Below, one piece after another: positions 25,238 through 32,000 of a stretch of 32,000 nucleotides of DNA (the stretch's first letter is position 1; every line of letters starts with the position of its first letter). The position numbers and the translations under genes were made by a program. The notes below the pieces were generated by a model that was given only the letters and a program-made list of their open reading frames with translations, made no database searches and was not told the DNA's origin. The DNA is taken from positions 1,200,001-1,232,000 of the forward strand of contig CBDCNV010000002.1 in assembly GCA_965219535.1 (NCBI GenBank). The letters are read 5' to 3'. The DNA comes from Opitutales bacterium (GTDB taxonomy: Bacteria > Verrucomicrobiota > Verrucomicrobiia > Opitutales > PNEW01).

Positions 25238-25246
25238 GACACTACC
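25225..25246 (-). repeat. IRR of the IS1-family element
   Basis: AAATTCAAACTGAGACACTACC is the exact reverse complement of the IRL. Confidence 0.9.
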
Positions 25247-25254
25247 CAAATTGA
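25247..25254. repeat. Right copy of the 8-bp target-site duplication, CAAATTGA
   Basis: Identical to 22361..22368. Confidence 0.85.
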
Positions 25255-26173
25255 GGTAAAATTGACGCGCCGTTCTCTATTTGCTAATTGTCTCACCGCC
25301 AAGGATTTTATAACCTTTATGGGTGCAAATGCTATGGTTGACAGTTTTGATTCCAATGACGGACCCTATGACCCATTTTTTAATCGTGGCGCTAATGCAA
25401 CGGTAGCGAGTCTTTCCGTAGGCGTAAGTATGGTCAATATACAAAATGCAAGTATCTTTGGCTATGTTGCCACGGGGGGTGGAGAGGTTGATGTCGGACC
25501 CAATGGTTTTGTTTCTGATATGGTTGATCCTCCGGTACACGATTCCACCAGGATCACAAATGATTTTAAGGCAGATTTAAAGAATGTATCTGCCCCCACT
25601 CTGAGTTCTCCCACAACCACATTGCCGGGTGGTAATGTCAAAACTATCGGAGTACCAAATGCTAATCCTCCTGATGAATTCCATTTCACAGACCTTACTA
25701 TCGGTAACAATGAAACCCTTATTATTGATGGGCCAGTTACTATTGTCGTAGATAATGAAGTTGATGCAAGAGGTGATATTACGGTGACACCCAATGGATC
25801 AGTCACATTTTATGTTGAAGGTGATTTCGAAACCAAGGGTGCCATAAATAATACTAACGTAGCTTCGTCACTTGTCATCTACGGCACAAATACCACACCT
25901 CTAGGTCAAAGTATAACCTTAGGTGGACAGGGTGACCTCACGGCGGTAGTATACGCTCCTAATGCAGAGTTAAAGTATGCTGGTGGTGGTGGTTCTGGGA
26001 CGTTTACTGGTGCTGCTGTTTGTTACAGTTCAAGTATCGGTGGAACCTATGAATTTCATTATGACGTAGCACTAAGGGACTTTTTTGGTTCGGATCCCTC
26101 CTTTAAGATGGTGAGTTATCGCGAACTTGAAGGGAACGATAGAATCGATTTCGCCACTTACATAAACCCGTAA
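25255..26173 (+). pseudogene. C-terminal fragment of the interrupted GspK/PilX-like pseudopilin (beta-helix-like tail)
   Basis: It has no ATG; the track ORF starts at a TTG (25262). It is in frame with 21971..22368 once the IS and one TSD copy are removed. VDSFDSNDGPYDP and LVIYGT...GGQGDLTAVVYAPNAELKYAGGG are typical of PilX-like tails downstream of minor pilins. Confidence 0.8.
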
Positions 26174-26203
26174 AGTCGGAAGGCCTGAGAATCGGACAAC
26201 CAG

Positions 26204-26241
26204 TACCGAGTTCCGCAGTTGCGGAACGACATCTTCCAAGC
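26204..26241 (-). repeat. REP-A hairpin repeat, copy 6 (inverted orientation)
   Basis: TACCGAGTTCCGCAGTTGCGGAACGACATCTTCCAAGC. Confidence 0.85.
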
Positions 26242-26362
26242 CTGAAAGTCGGAGAACCGGAAGGACAGAAAGTTAGAAGGCTAGAAAATGGAGGGCTGGA
26301 AAGCCAGATATCCAAAACCCCTGAACCGTGAACTATGAACCCTCTTCCCCTTTTGACTCTAT

Positions 26363-26956
26363 TCATTCGACCATCGGCAATCGGTATGCTCCAACGTTTC
26401 GCATCCAACTACTATCTCCCCAACGGGAGCAAGAGCTGAAAAAAAAGTTGGTTATCGCCGTCGTGCCTGACGGGGGGATCCACGTAGTTCTAACTTTGAT
26501 CTTTCGGGTCCTGATCTGGATAAAAGGAAGTGCGAGGGGATAGACGGGGAGGTCAGAGTCTCTTCTAAGATTCTTTTTGTAAATTAACCCGGTAGTGATT
26601 CCAAAGCCGAAGCTGAAGTTCTCGGTTTTATGCAAAAGGCGTGTGAAGGAGAAGCCGGCAGCGAAAGCCCAGTGGCGTTGGGAGTCATTAAAAATGTCAG
26701 CTTCCAAGGCGATCATTATTCTGTTTAAGAAACTGAATTGGGTATCCTGCGTATAGAACAAGTCGTAGTGAAATCCGACTCCATAAAGGTAATCGTTGGA
26801 GGTAGGATTTGCATCGAAATGATAATTTAGCCCATTAATATGAAGATAGGTAGAACGAATTGGAGAAATATGATCAGGGATATTCGCTTCGGCGAACACA
26901 CATAGACCAATCAATAAAATTGGACTTATGTACAATCTGTGAAAATTTATTTCCAT
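26363..26956 (-). CDS. PagP-family outer-membrane beta-barrel acyltransferase-like protein
   Basis: I prefer the start at Met12 of the track ORF (MEINFHRLYISPILLIGLCVFAEA signal peptide). YLHING (His), IFNDSQ (Asp-Ser) and FGFGITTGLIY...LPVYPLALPFIQIRTRKIKVRTTWIPP parallel E. coli PagP ITWH, FKDSW and LGLGFTAGV...[24 protein letters not shown]. The last ~25 aa look like read-through. Confidence 0.55.
   Translation of the reverse strand: MEINFHRLYISPILLIGLCVFAEANIPDHISPIRSTYLHINGLNYHFDANPTSNDYLYGVGFHYDLFYTQDTQFSFLNRIMIALEADIFNDSQRHWAFAAGFSFTRLLHKTENFSFGFGITTGLIYKKNLRRDSDLPVYPLALPFIQIRTRKIKVRTTWIPPSGTTAITNFFFSSCSRWGDSSWMRNVGAYRLPMVE
26386..26439 (+). pseudogene. Remnant of the 5' end of a PhyH-family gene (paralog of 28576..29400)
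   Basis: MLQRFASNYYLPNGSKS* against MSQRFESNYPLDPKQ of the 28576 gene. It is preceded by the same TTTTGAC plus AATCGG word architecture (26350..26385). Confidence 0.5.
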
Positions 26957-26995
26957 ACATCTCCCAATCCGCAATCGGCTATCCTGCATCCTCTC

Positions 26996-27066
26996 TTGTC
27001 ATTGCGAAGGAGGCAAAACCGACTGCGGCTACCGAGTCCCGCAACTGCGGGACTCGCGATGACAAT
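26996..27066. repeat. MITE-like family-C element (about 71 nt)
   Basis: The ends TTGTCATTGCGA and TCGCGATGACAA are inverted. There is an internal perfect hairpin GAGTCCCGC-AACT-GCGGGACTC. The left half matches the inverted right half of 17065..17204. Confidence 0.55.
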
Positions 27067-27092
27067 AGGAATCAATCGATAATCGCAATCGA

Positions 27093-27413
27093 TCATGTTT
27101 CTTCTTCGATTCGCTCGAGTAAGAAGAAGACGGGTCTGAAGCCGTCTGTGCAGTTAGTGACAAAGGTGCCCGGTTTCGTGCCGACCATATTACCGCCGCG
27201 TGCCAGGACAACAACGTATTTCTGGATGTCGGACCAGGCCCAGTCACTGAATCCCTCGGGCATATGGCCGTCAGAAATAAAACTTTGACCTACATCAAAG
27301 TCGTGACAACACCCCTCCGGCTTCCATTCTACCCCTTCGGTGTAGGCATCGACAAAATCCTGGTTAAACGTTTTTTTCAAAACCGTAATGCGCACTTTTT
27401 TCGGTTTCAGCAT
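27093..27413 (-). CDS. TIGR04076-family protein (function unknown)
   Basis: 106-aa ORF. The pattern VRITVLKKTF...PEGFSDWAWSDIQKYVVVLARGGN...CTDGFRPVFFLLERI matches my memory of the TIGR04076 family. Confidence 0.65.
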   Translation of the reverse strand: MLKPKKVRITVLKKTFNQDFVDAYTEGVEWKPEGCCHDFDVGQSFISDGHMPEGFSDWAWSDIQKYVVVLARGGNMVGTKPGTFVTNCTDGFRPVFFLLERIEEET

Positions 27414-27434
27414 CTAAATCACCTACCTTGTCAA

Positions 27435-28340
27435 TCAACTTAGTCGAGCCAGGTATTGACCGACAATATCTATCTTCACGAGTTTACTATAAGATTTTTG
27501 GAGACGATCGGTAATAGATCCAGGCACTTTACCATCACCGATGGCCGAACCGTTAATTGAGGAAACAGGGCAGATGCAGTAGCTGGTGGAGGTAATAAAC
27601 GCCTCGTCTGCAGTGTAAGCGTCATAAAGATCAATGTCGGTTTCTTGCACTGCCAATTTCAAATTTTGGGCTAACTCGATCGTAGTTTGACGGCTAATGC
27701 CTGCCAGAATGTACTGTTCTTTCGGCGTGATCACTACACCCTTCTTGACAATGAATATATTGCTTCCCTGCCCTTCGCACAGGTTGCCGTTGACGTCCTG
27801 TAAGATGGGTATAGCGTTCGGATTCTGAGCCTTTACCTCCTGTTCGGCAAGCCCGAGGTTGATGTAGTTGTGTACTTTGGCCCTGGGGCTCATCGACTGA
27901 GGTGGCGTCCGCCTTATTGAAGGGGTGACGACGAGTAGACCGTCACGATAATACTTGGCCCTCGCTTCAAATGGTAATGGTATGCACTCAATAATAACGG
28001 TTGGCTTTTGTTCGCCCGTTGCCACGGGCACACCACGGGTTACGCGCTGTCCTACCCAGTAGTCGTCGTTAGCTTCGAGGAGAGGTAGATTCACTTCGAC
28101 CACTTGCATTGTCAGTTCTGACATTTTGTCCTGAGGCATCCCCGGGTCCAGACGCATATACTTGAGTGAGTTATAGAATCGGTCCAGATGTTCCTTTAGT
28201 TTGAATACTATGCCGCCGAAGGTGCGGGTCATATCAAAGGCCGCATCACCCCACACAAATCCCCGGTCGCGGATGGAAATCTTTGCTTCGCTTTCCGGAA
28301 CTAGCTCACCGTTCATATATACTACACGTTCTTGGGCCAT
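27435..28340 (-). CDS. Class IV (fold type IV) aminotransferase, branched-chain / D-amino-acid aminotransferase family
   Basis: 301-aa ORF with YMNGELVPESEAKISIRDRGFVWGDAAFDMTRTF, LKEHLDRFYNSLKYMRL and LAGISRQTTIELA, all typical of the family. Confidence 0.9.
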   Translation of the reverse strand: MAQERVVYMNGELVPESEAKISIRDRGFVWGDAAFDMTRTFGGIVFKLKEHLDRFYNSLKYMRLDPGMPQDKMSELTMQVVEVNLPLLEANDDYWVGQRVTRGVPVATGEQKPTVIIECIPLPFEARAKYYRDGLLVVTPSIRRTPPQSMSPRAKVHNYINLGLAEQEVKAQNPNAIPILQDVNGNLCEGQGSNIFIVKKGVVITPKEQYILAGISRQTTIELAQNLKLAVQETDIDLYDAYTADEAFITSTSYCICPVSSINGSAIGDGKVPGSITDRLQKSYSKLVKIDIVGQYLARLS

Positions 28341-28423
28341 ATTGATTATCTTAGAATAATAATTTATTCGGGAGGGGAGATTTTCGATTGCCGACAGTGC
28401 GGTGTCGAGCCTTACTATCGTTA

Positions 28424-28453
28424 GTTGCGTCGCTACCCTCCCTGCAATGACAA
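28424..28453 (-). repeat. Family-C terminal repeat, solo copy
   Basis: The reverse complement TTGTCATTGCAGGGAGGGTAGCGACGCAAC resembles TTGTCATTGCGAGGAGCATTGCGACGAAGC at 17065. Confidence 0.4.
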
Positions 28454-28507
28454 GGAAGAGAGGGAAAAGGGAGATGTATTAATCCGCTTTCACTCATAAT
28501 CACATTT

Positions 28508-28540
28508 CTTTTTTGACCTTTTGACTTTTTATCTTTTGAC
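28508..28540 (+). promoter_or_regulatory. TTTTGAC array upstream of the PhyH gene, followed by AATCGGC words
   Basis: CTTTTTTGACCTTTTGACTTTTTATCTTTTGAC, then AATCAATCGGCAATCGCAAATCCGAAATCGGC up to the ATG at 28576. Confidence 0.5.
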
Positions 28541-28575
28541 GCTAATCAATCGGCAATCGCAAATCCGAAATCGGC

Positions 28576-29400
28576 ATGTCTCAACGCTTTGAATCCAACT
28601 ACCCGCTCGATCCCAAACAGATCGAGGAGTGGGTGGATACCTTTAACCGCCAGGGGTTCCTCTTCCTGGAAAATGTTCTGACCGAAGATCATGTTGCCCA
28701 GTTGAAAGCCGACTTCGAATGGTCGATGAACAATATCTCGTCAGGCGGCAATGAACCCGATGACCAACTCAGAACTAATAAAACAACAAATCTTCGTCTT
28801 TGTCACCGGATGTTCGAACACAGTCCGGCCAACTTGAGCCTTTTTGATCTCGAACCCATCGTCAGCTTTGCCGAAGCTCTGGTTGCGCCCAATTGCCATG
28901 TCATGCACAACAACTCATTTGTCACATTCCCGGGTGGTGGCATATCCAATTGGCACCAGGACGACGCTCCGCATATGATCGTCACCGAGGGGGAACCGCC
29001 CACGAATATTCAGCTGCCGGTTCTCGCCTTTACCTGCAACTATTATTTGACTGATGTCACGAAAATCGAGCAGGGCGGCACCGAAGTCATTCCCGGTTCG
29101 CATCTTTTTGGCGCGGATGCTCGCAAGGTTGATGTCAATGAGAATTGGGCGGATAAAATTCACTACAATTTGGGAAAGGCTGGCAGCGTTGTCATGTTCA
29201 ATAACCAGGTCTGGCACCGCGGTGGTCCCAATCGTACAGACAGGAAACGTTACATAACCCAGGTTTCTTATGCCCGTCGGTTTATTGGTCACAAATATTT
29301 CCCCTTTATGAATTACACCATGCCCGAGCATGTCTACAAGGACGCCAACCCCAGGCTCAAACGCCTGCTCGGTTTTCTCGAACACGGGGCCTACGGTTAG
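28576..29400 (+). CDS. Phytanoyl-CoA dioxygenase (PhyH) family Fe(II)/2OG oxygenase
   Basis: 274-aa ORF with NWHQDD (HxD) and a distal His in NNQVWHRGGPN. Confidence 0.85.
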   Translation: MSQRFESNYPLDPKQIEEWVDTFNRQGFLFLENVLTEDHVAQLKADFEWSMNNISSGGNEPDDQLRTNKTTNLRLCHRMFEHSPANLSLFDLEPIVSFAEALVAPNCHVMHNNSFVTFPGGGISNWHQDDAPHMIVTEGEPPTNIQLPVLAFTCNYYLTDVTKIEQGGTEVIPGSHLFGADARKVDVNENWADKIHYNLGKAGSVVMFNNQVWHRGGPNRTDRKRYITQVSYARRFIGHKYFPFMNYTMPEHVYKDANPRLKRLLGFLEHGAYG

Positions 29401-29491
29401 GAATAGGAAGGCCGGAAAGCCGATTTCCAGAAAGCCGGAAGGCTGGAGAGCCTGATGGCTCGCCTGTGGTGAAAGACTTGAGAAACTATAA

Positions 29492-29548
29492 AAGGTGGAA
29501 CGCGCTGCCTGTCCGACATAGCCTTCGCGACGGCTGATCCCTAGCGCG
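29492..29548 (+). repeat. Family-B element, left half only
   Basis: AAGGTGGAACGCGCTGCCTGTCCGACATAGCCTTCGCGACGGCTGATCCCTAGCGCG is collinear with 1393..1450. No right arm follows. Confidence 0.6.
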
Positions 29549-29650
29549 TTTCTTATAAGTAATAAAAAAGATGCGTATTGAGAACATCTGCACACTCAGT
29601 TATAAGTTAGTCTTGTGCATCTTGTGGCTATCATTCTTTGCCCAAAGACA

Positions 29651-32000
29651 ATGAAAAATGTACTCAAGCATCTCGGGTTTCTCGTTCTTGCGGGATGTTT
29701 TTTTTATGGATTCATCTACCTTTGGAGTCGTGTACTTAAAACGGATTTGCTGGAAGAGCCCCTTCAATACGCGCCGGAGATTATTGAAGAAACGAAAGCG
29801 GTTCGCGATAATCGTTTGGGTCCGGAAGATGAATACACTATTCAGGTCGATGTCGATTACACTGAAGGCGAGTCAGCGCGTTGGTACCCAAAAGGCGAGT
29901 CACCTATCATCGCGGAATTAGTCAAAGAGGGAAAGTTGCCACCGGTGGCAGAACGGGTTGGACCTGAACCGGTAGTGATCGAAGGAGTAGACGGCATCGG
30001 TAATTACGGTGGCACCTGGTTAGGTGTTTTAAACAGTCCACATTATCTTAAAGATTTGATTGGAAACCGGTATGGGGGGTCGCCCCTGGTTCGATGGTCT
30101 CCTCTCGGTTATCCGATTGTGCCCCACATCGCTAAGGGTTGGAATGTATCACCTGACCGCAAAGAGTGGACTGTTTACCTTCGCAAGGGGATGAAATGGT
30201 CTGATGGCCACCCTTTTACCGCGGATGACATTCTCTACCAATGGAAATTTGAATCGAAAATGTCGCTAAAGGCAATAAGCGCAGCGATGAAGATTGCCGG
30301 TCACACGGGTGAAATCATAAAAATAGACAGCCATACGGTTAAATTTGTCTTCCCCGTTCCACACGTGTTGTTTCTGGAGCGATTGACGGGTGATTACGGG
30401 TTCTGTGTCCCCCGCCATTACCTGGAAAAATATCACCCAGAATTCGGCGATGATGAACTGATTGAAGCCGAGATGAAGGCGAGAGACATTTCCACGCGAC
30501 GTGGGCTCTATGCGGAGCTTCAGCTCTTTGACAACGTTCAACATCCCCGACTATGGCCCTGGCTTTATCGCACAAATAAAGCTAATCCTCCAAAATCATA
30601 CTTACGCAATCCCTACTACTGGGCGGTCGATACCGAGGGTAATCAACTTCCCTATGTCGACCGTATTTTACTCGATGTTAAAAACGCGGCACTGGTTCCT
30701 ATCACCGCCGCAGAAGGAGGTATAACGATGCAGGCGATGAATATTTACCAAAGATATTACACCCTCCTCATGTCACAGCGTGAAGAAAATGATTATGAAG
30801 TCTACCACTGGTACGGTAATGAGGTATCCAGTTATGCGCTTTATCCCAATCTGAATCGTTACATCGATCCCGAGGATCCAAGAACAAAAAATAAATGGGA
30901 ATTGCTTAATGACAAGCGGTTCCGTAAAGCGCTTTCGCTGGCGATAAACAGGTGGGACATCATTGATGCGATCTATGATGGATGGGGAGAACCGGCGCAA
31001 GACGCGCCCGTTAGAAAATCTTATTTTTATCACGAAGAATTGCAAAAAGGTTATACCAAGTACGATCCCGAACGAGCCAACCGGATATTGGATGAGATAG
31101 GATTAACGGGGCGTGATGCTGAAGGGTATCGTACTTTTGCTGATGGTAGGCGGATGATTTGGAATCTCGAAATTATCCCTAACTTTGCTGAAGGCACGCT
31201 CTCCTTTATCGTCGAGGATTGGAAAAAAGTTGGCATCCATGCCATCGAGCGTCAAATGTCGGTCAATCTCAGAACGGTAATTCACCTTGCGCGAAAATCT
31301 GATTTTCTTATCTGGGGTGGGACGGGATCTAACAATCCACTGCTTAAAGGTGATGGTTTCCTCGGCAGTTCAGCCCAAGCGCTTGGCTATTACGCATGGT
31401 ATAATGATGGTGGACTTTACGGTAACCCCGAGGCGAAAAAAGTAGGCAGGATCGAGCCGCCTCCGGGCCACCCGGTGCGGCGAACGATGGAATTGTTTGA
31501 TGCTTCGCACCAGGCCCTCACCCTTCAAGAGCAGAGGAAGATTATTCGGGAAATCCAGGATATCATGGCTGATGAACGCTGGGTAATTGGCATCTCTACA
31601 GCGTTTCCCAAGCTTGCTATTGTGAAGAATGATTTCAAAAACGTGCCACGTAAACTTTTATATGGTGGTTGGTGGGCACCCTCTCATGGCGGCCCGGAAA
31701 CTTTCTATTTCGAAAACCCGAAAGATTCACTCGGAACAATTGCACAAATAAAAAAAGAAATAATTAAAATCACACCGCGAGGTAATGTCCCGATCAGGGA
31801 TTCACTTGAACGCCGTAATGGAGTTCCGTTTAGCAGGTTTGTTCGCCATCTGATCCTGGGTATATTTACATTGGGACTTATCCTTGCCGGTCTGAGACAT
31901 CCTTATATTGGACGACGCTTATTAATTATGCTGCCCACCCTCCTTTTCATGTCTATTGTTACCTTTACGATCATTCAACTTCCCCCAAGCAATTATATTG
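29651..32000 (+). CDS. ABC transporter family-5 solute-binding protein fused to an OppB/DppB-type permease (partial, continues past the window end)
   Basis: Not in the ORF track because it is open-ended. My translation from the ATG at 29651 gives MKNVLKHLGFLVLAGCFFYGFIYLW (TM anchor), then SBP_bac_5-like WSDGHPFTADDILYQWKF, RFRKALSLAINR and YDPERANRILDEIGL. From about 31900 it gives IGRRLLIMLPTLLFMSIVTFTIIQLPP, the canonical permease N-terminus. There is no stop in about 783 codons. Confidence 0.85.
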   Translation, partial: MKNVLKHLGFLVLAGCFFYGFIYLWSRVLKTDLLEEPLQYAPEIIEETKAVRDNRLGPEDEYTIQVDVDYTEGESARWYPKGESPIIAELVKEGKLPPVAERVGPEPVVIEGVDGIGNYGGTWLGVLNSPHYLKDLIGNRYGGSPLVRWSPLGYPIVPHIAKGWNVSPDRKEWTVYLRKGMKWSDGHPFTADDILYQWKFESKMSLKAISAAMKIAGHTGEIIKIDSHTVKFVFPVPHVLFLERLTGDYGFCVPRHYLEKYHPEFGDDELIEAEMKARDISTRRGLYAELQLFDNVQHPRLWPWLYRTNKANPPKSYLRNPYYWAVDTEGNQLPYVDRILLDVKNAALVPITAAEGGITMQAMNIYQRYYTLLMSQREENDYEVYHWYGNEVSSYALYPNLNRYIDPEDPRTKNKWELLNDKRFRKALSLAINRWDIIDAIYDGWGEPAQDAPVRKSYFYHEELQKGYTKYDPERANRILDEIGLTGRDAEGYRTFADGRRMIWNLEIIPNFAEGTLSFIVEDWKKVGIHAIERQMSVNLRTVIHLARKSDFLIWGGTGSNNPLLKGDGFLGSSAQALGYYAWYNDGGLYGNPEAKKVGRIEPPPGHPVRRTMELFDASHQALTLQEQRKIIREIQDIMADERWVIGISTAFPKLAIVKNDFKNVPRKLLYGGWWAPSHGGPETFYFENPKDSLGTIAQIKKEIIKITPRGNVPIRDSLERRNGVPFSRFVRHLILGIFTLGLILAGLRHPYIGRRLLIMLPTLLFMSIVTFTIIQLPPSNYI

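Larger units (their letters stand above)
22369..25246 (-). mobile_element. IS1-family insertion element carrying passenger genes (2,878 bp)
   Basis: Perfect 22-bp terminal inverted repeats GGTAGTGTCTCAGTTTGAATTT and an 8-bp direct repeat flank. It contains an IS1-like transposase plus four other ORFs. Removing it restores a 438-codon pseudopilin ORF. Confidence 0.9.

Noticed and set aside
28915-29595. 226-aa minus-strand ORF
   Set aside because: It lies antisense to the well-supported PhyH gene (28576..29400), then runs through word repeats and the family-B element. It has no recognisable motifs and is a read-through artefact.
29658-29921. 87-aa plus-strand ORF from the track
   Set aside because: It is out of frame inside the much longer open-ended SBP-permease reading frame that starts at 29651 and carries clear family motifs.

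Overview
This 32-kb window appears to be bacterial chromosome, and gene content suggests a PVC-superphylum organism (Verrucomicrobiota, Lentisphaerota or Planctomycetota). That guess rests on many prepilin-type FTLVE proteins, an SBP-permease fusion and Ig-like secreted proteins; it is inference only. No rRNA, tRNA or CRISPR array was found.

Most of the window is a dense island of small-molecule, peptide or sugar catabolic genes:
- three SDRs, one lacking the catalytic triad and one frameshifted
- a HIBADH-like dehydrogenase and three cupins
- three Fe(II)/2OG dioxygenases (one TauD/TfdA, two PhyH)
- a Rieske protein overlapping an amidohydrolase_2 gene
- an enolase-superfamily enzyme, an MlrC/M81 peptidase and an acetoacetate-decarboxylase-family protein
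- a class IV aminotransferase with a TIGR04076 partner
- two tandem 560-aa beta-propeller paralogs
- a family-5 SBP fused to an ABC permease, which runs off the window end and is absent from the ORF track

An AT-rich block (about 20.1-26.2 kb) carries a GspI/J/K-like minor-pseudopilin operon. Its last gene is split in frame by a 2,878-bp IS1-family element (22369..25246) with perfect 22-bp terminal inverted repeats and an 8-bp target duplication, CAAATTGA.

The element carries cargo as well as its transposase. The cargo is a translationally coupled trio (73-aa basic protein, SDH/ClpP-fold serine protease, 66-aa acidic protein) plus a divergent ORF with a PD-(D/E)xK-like motif. This cargo is my best candidate for an undescribed addiction or defence-type system.

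The intergenic DNA is also unusual. It holds several dispersed repeat families: a REP-like hairpin, a large structured palindrome and a MITE-like element. Oriented TTTTGAC(C/T) octamer arrays sit upstream of at least six genes, and the spacers are built from a small vocabulary of reiterated short words.

All similarity statements come from reading motifs by eye; no database search was run.
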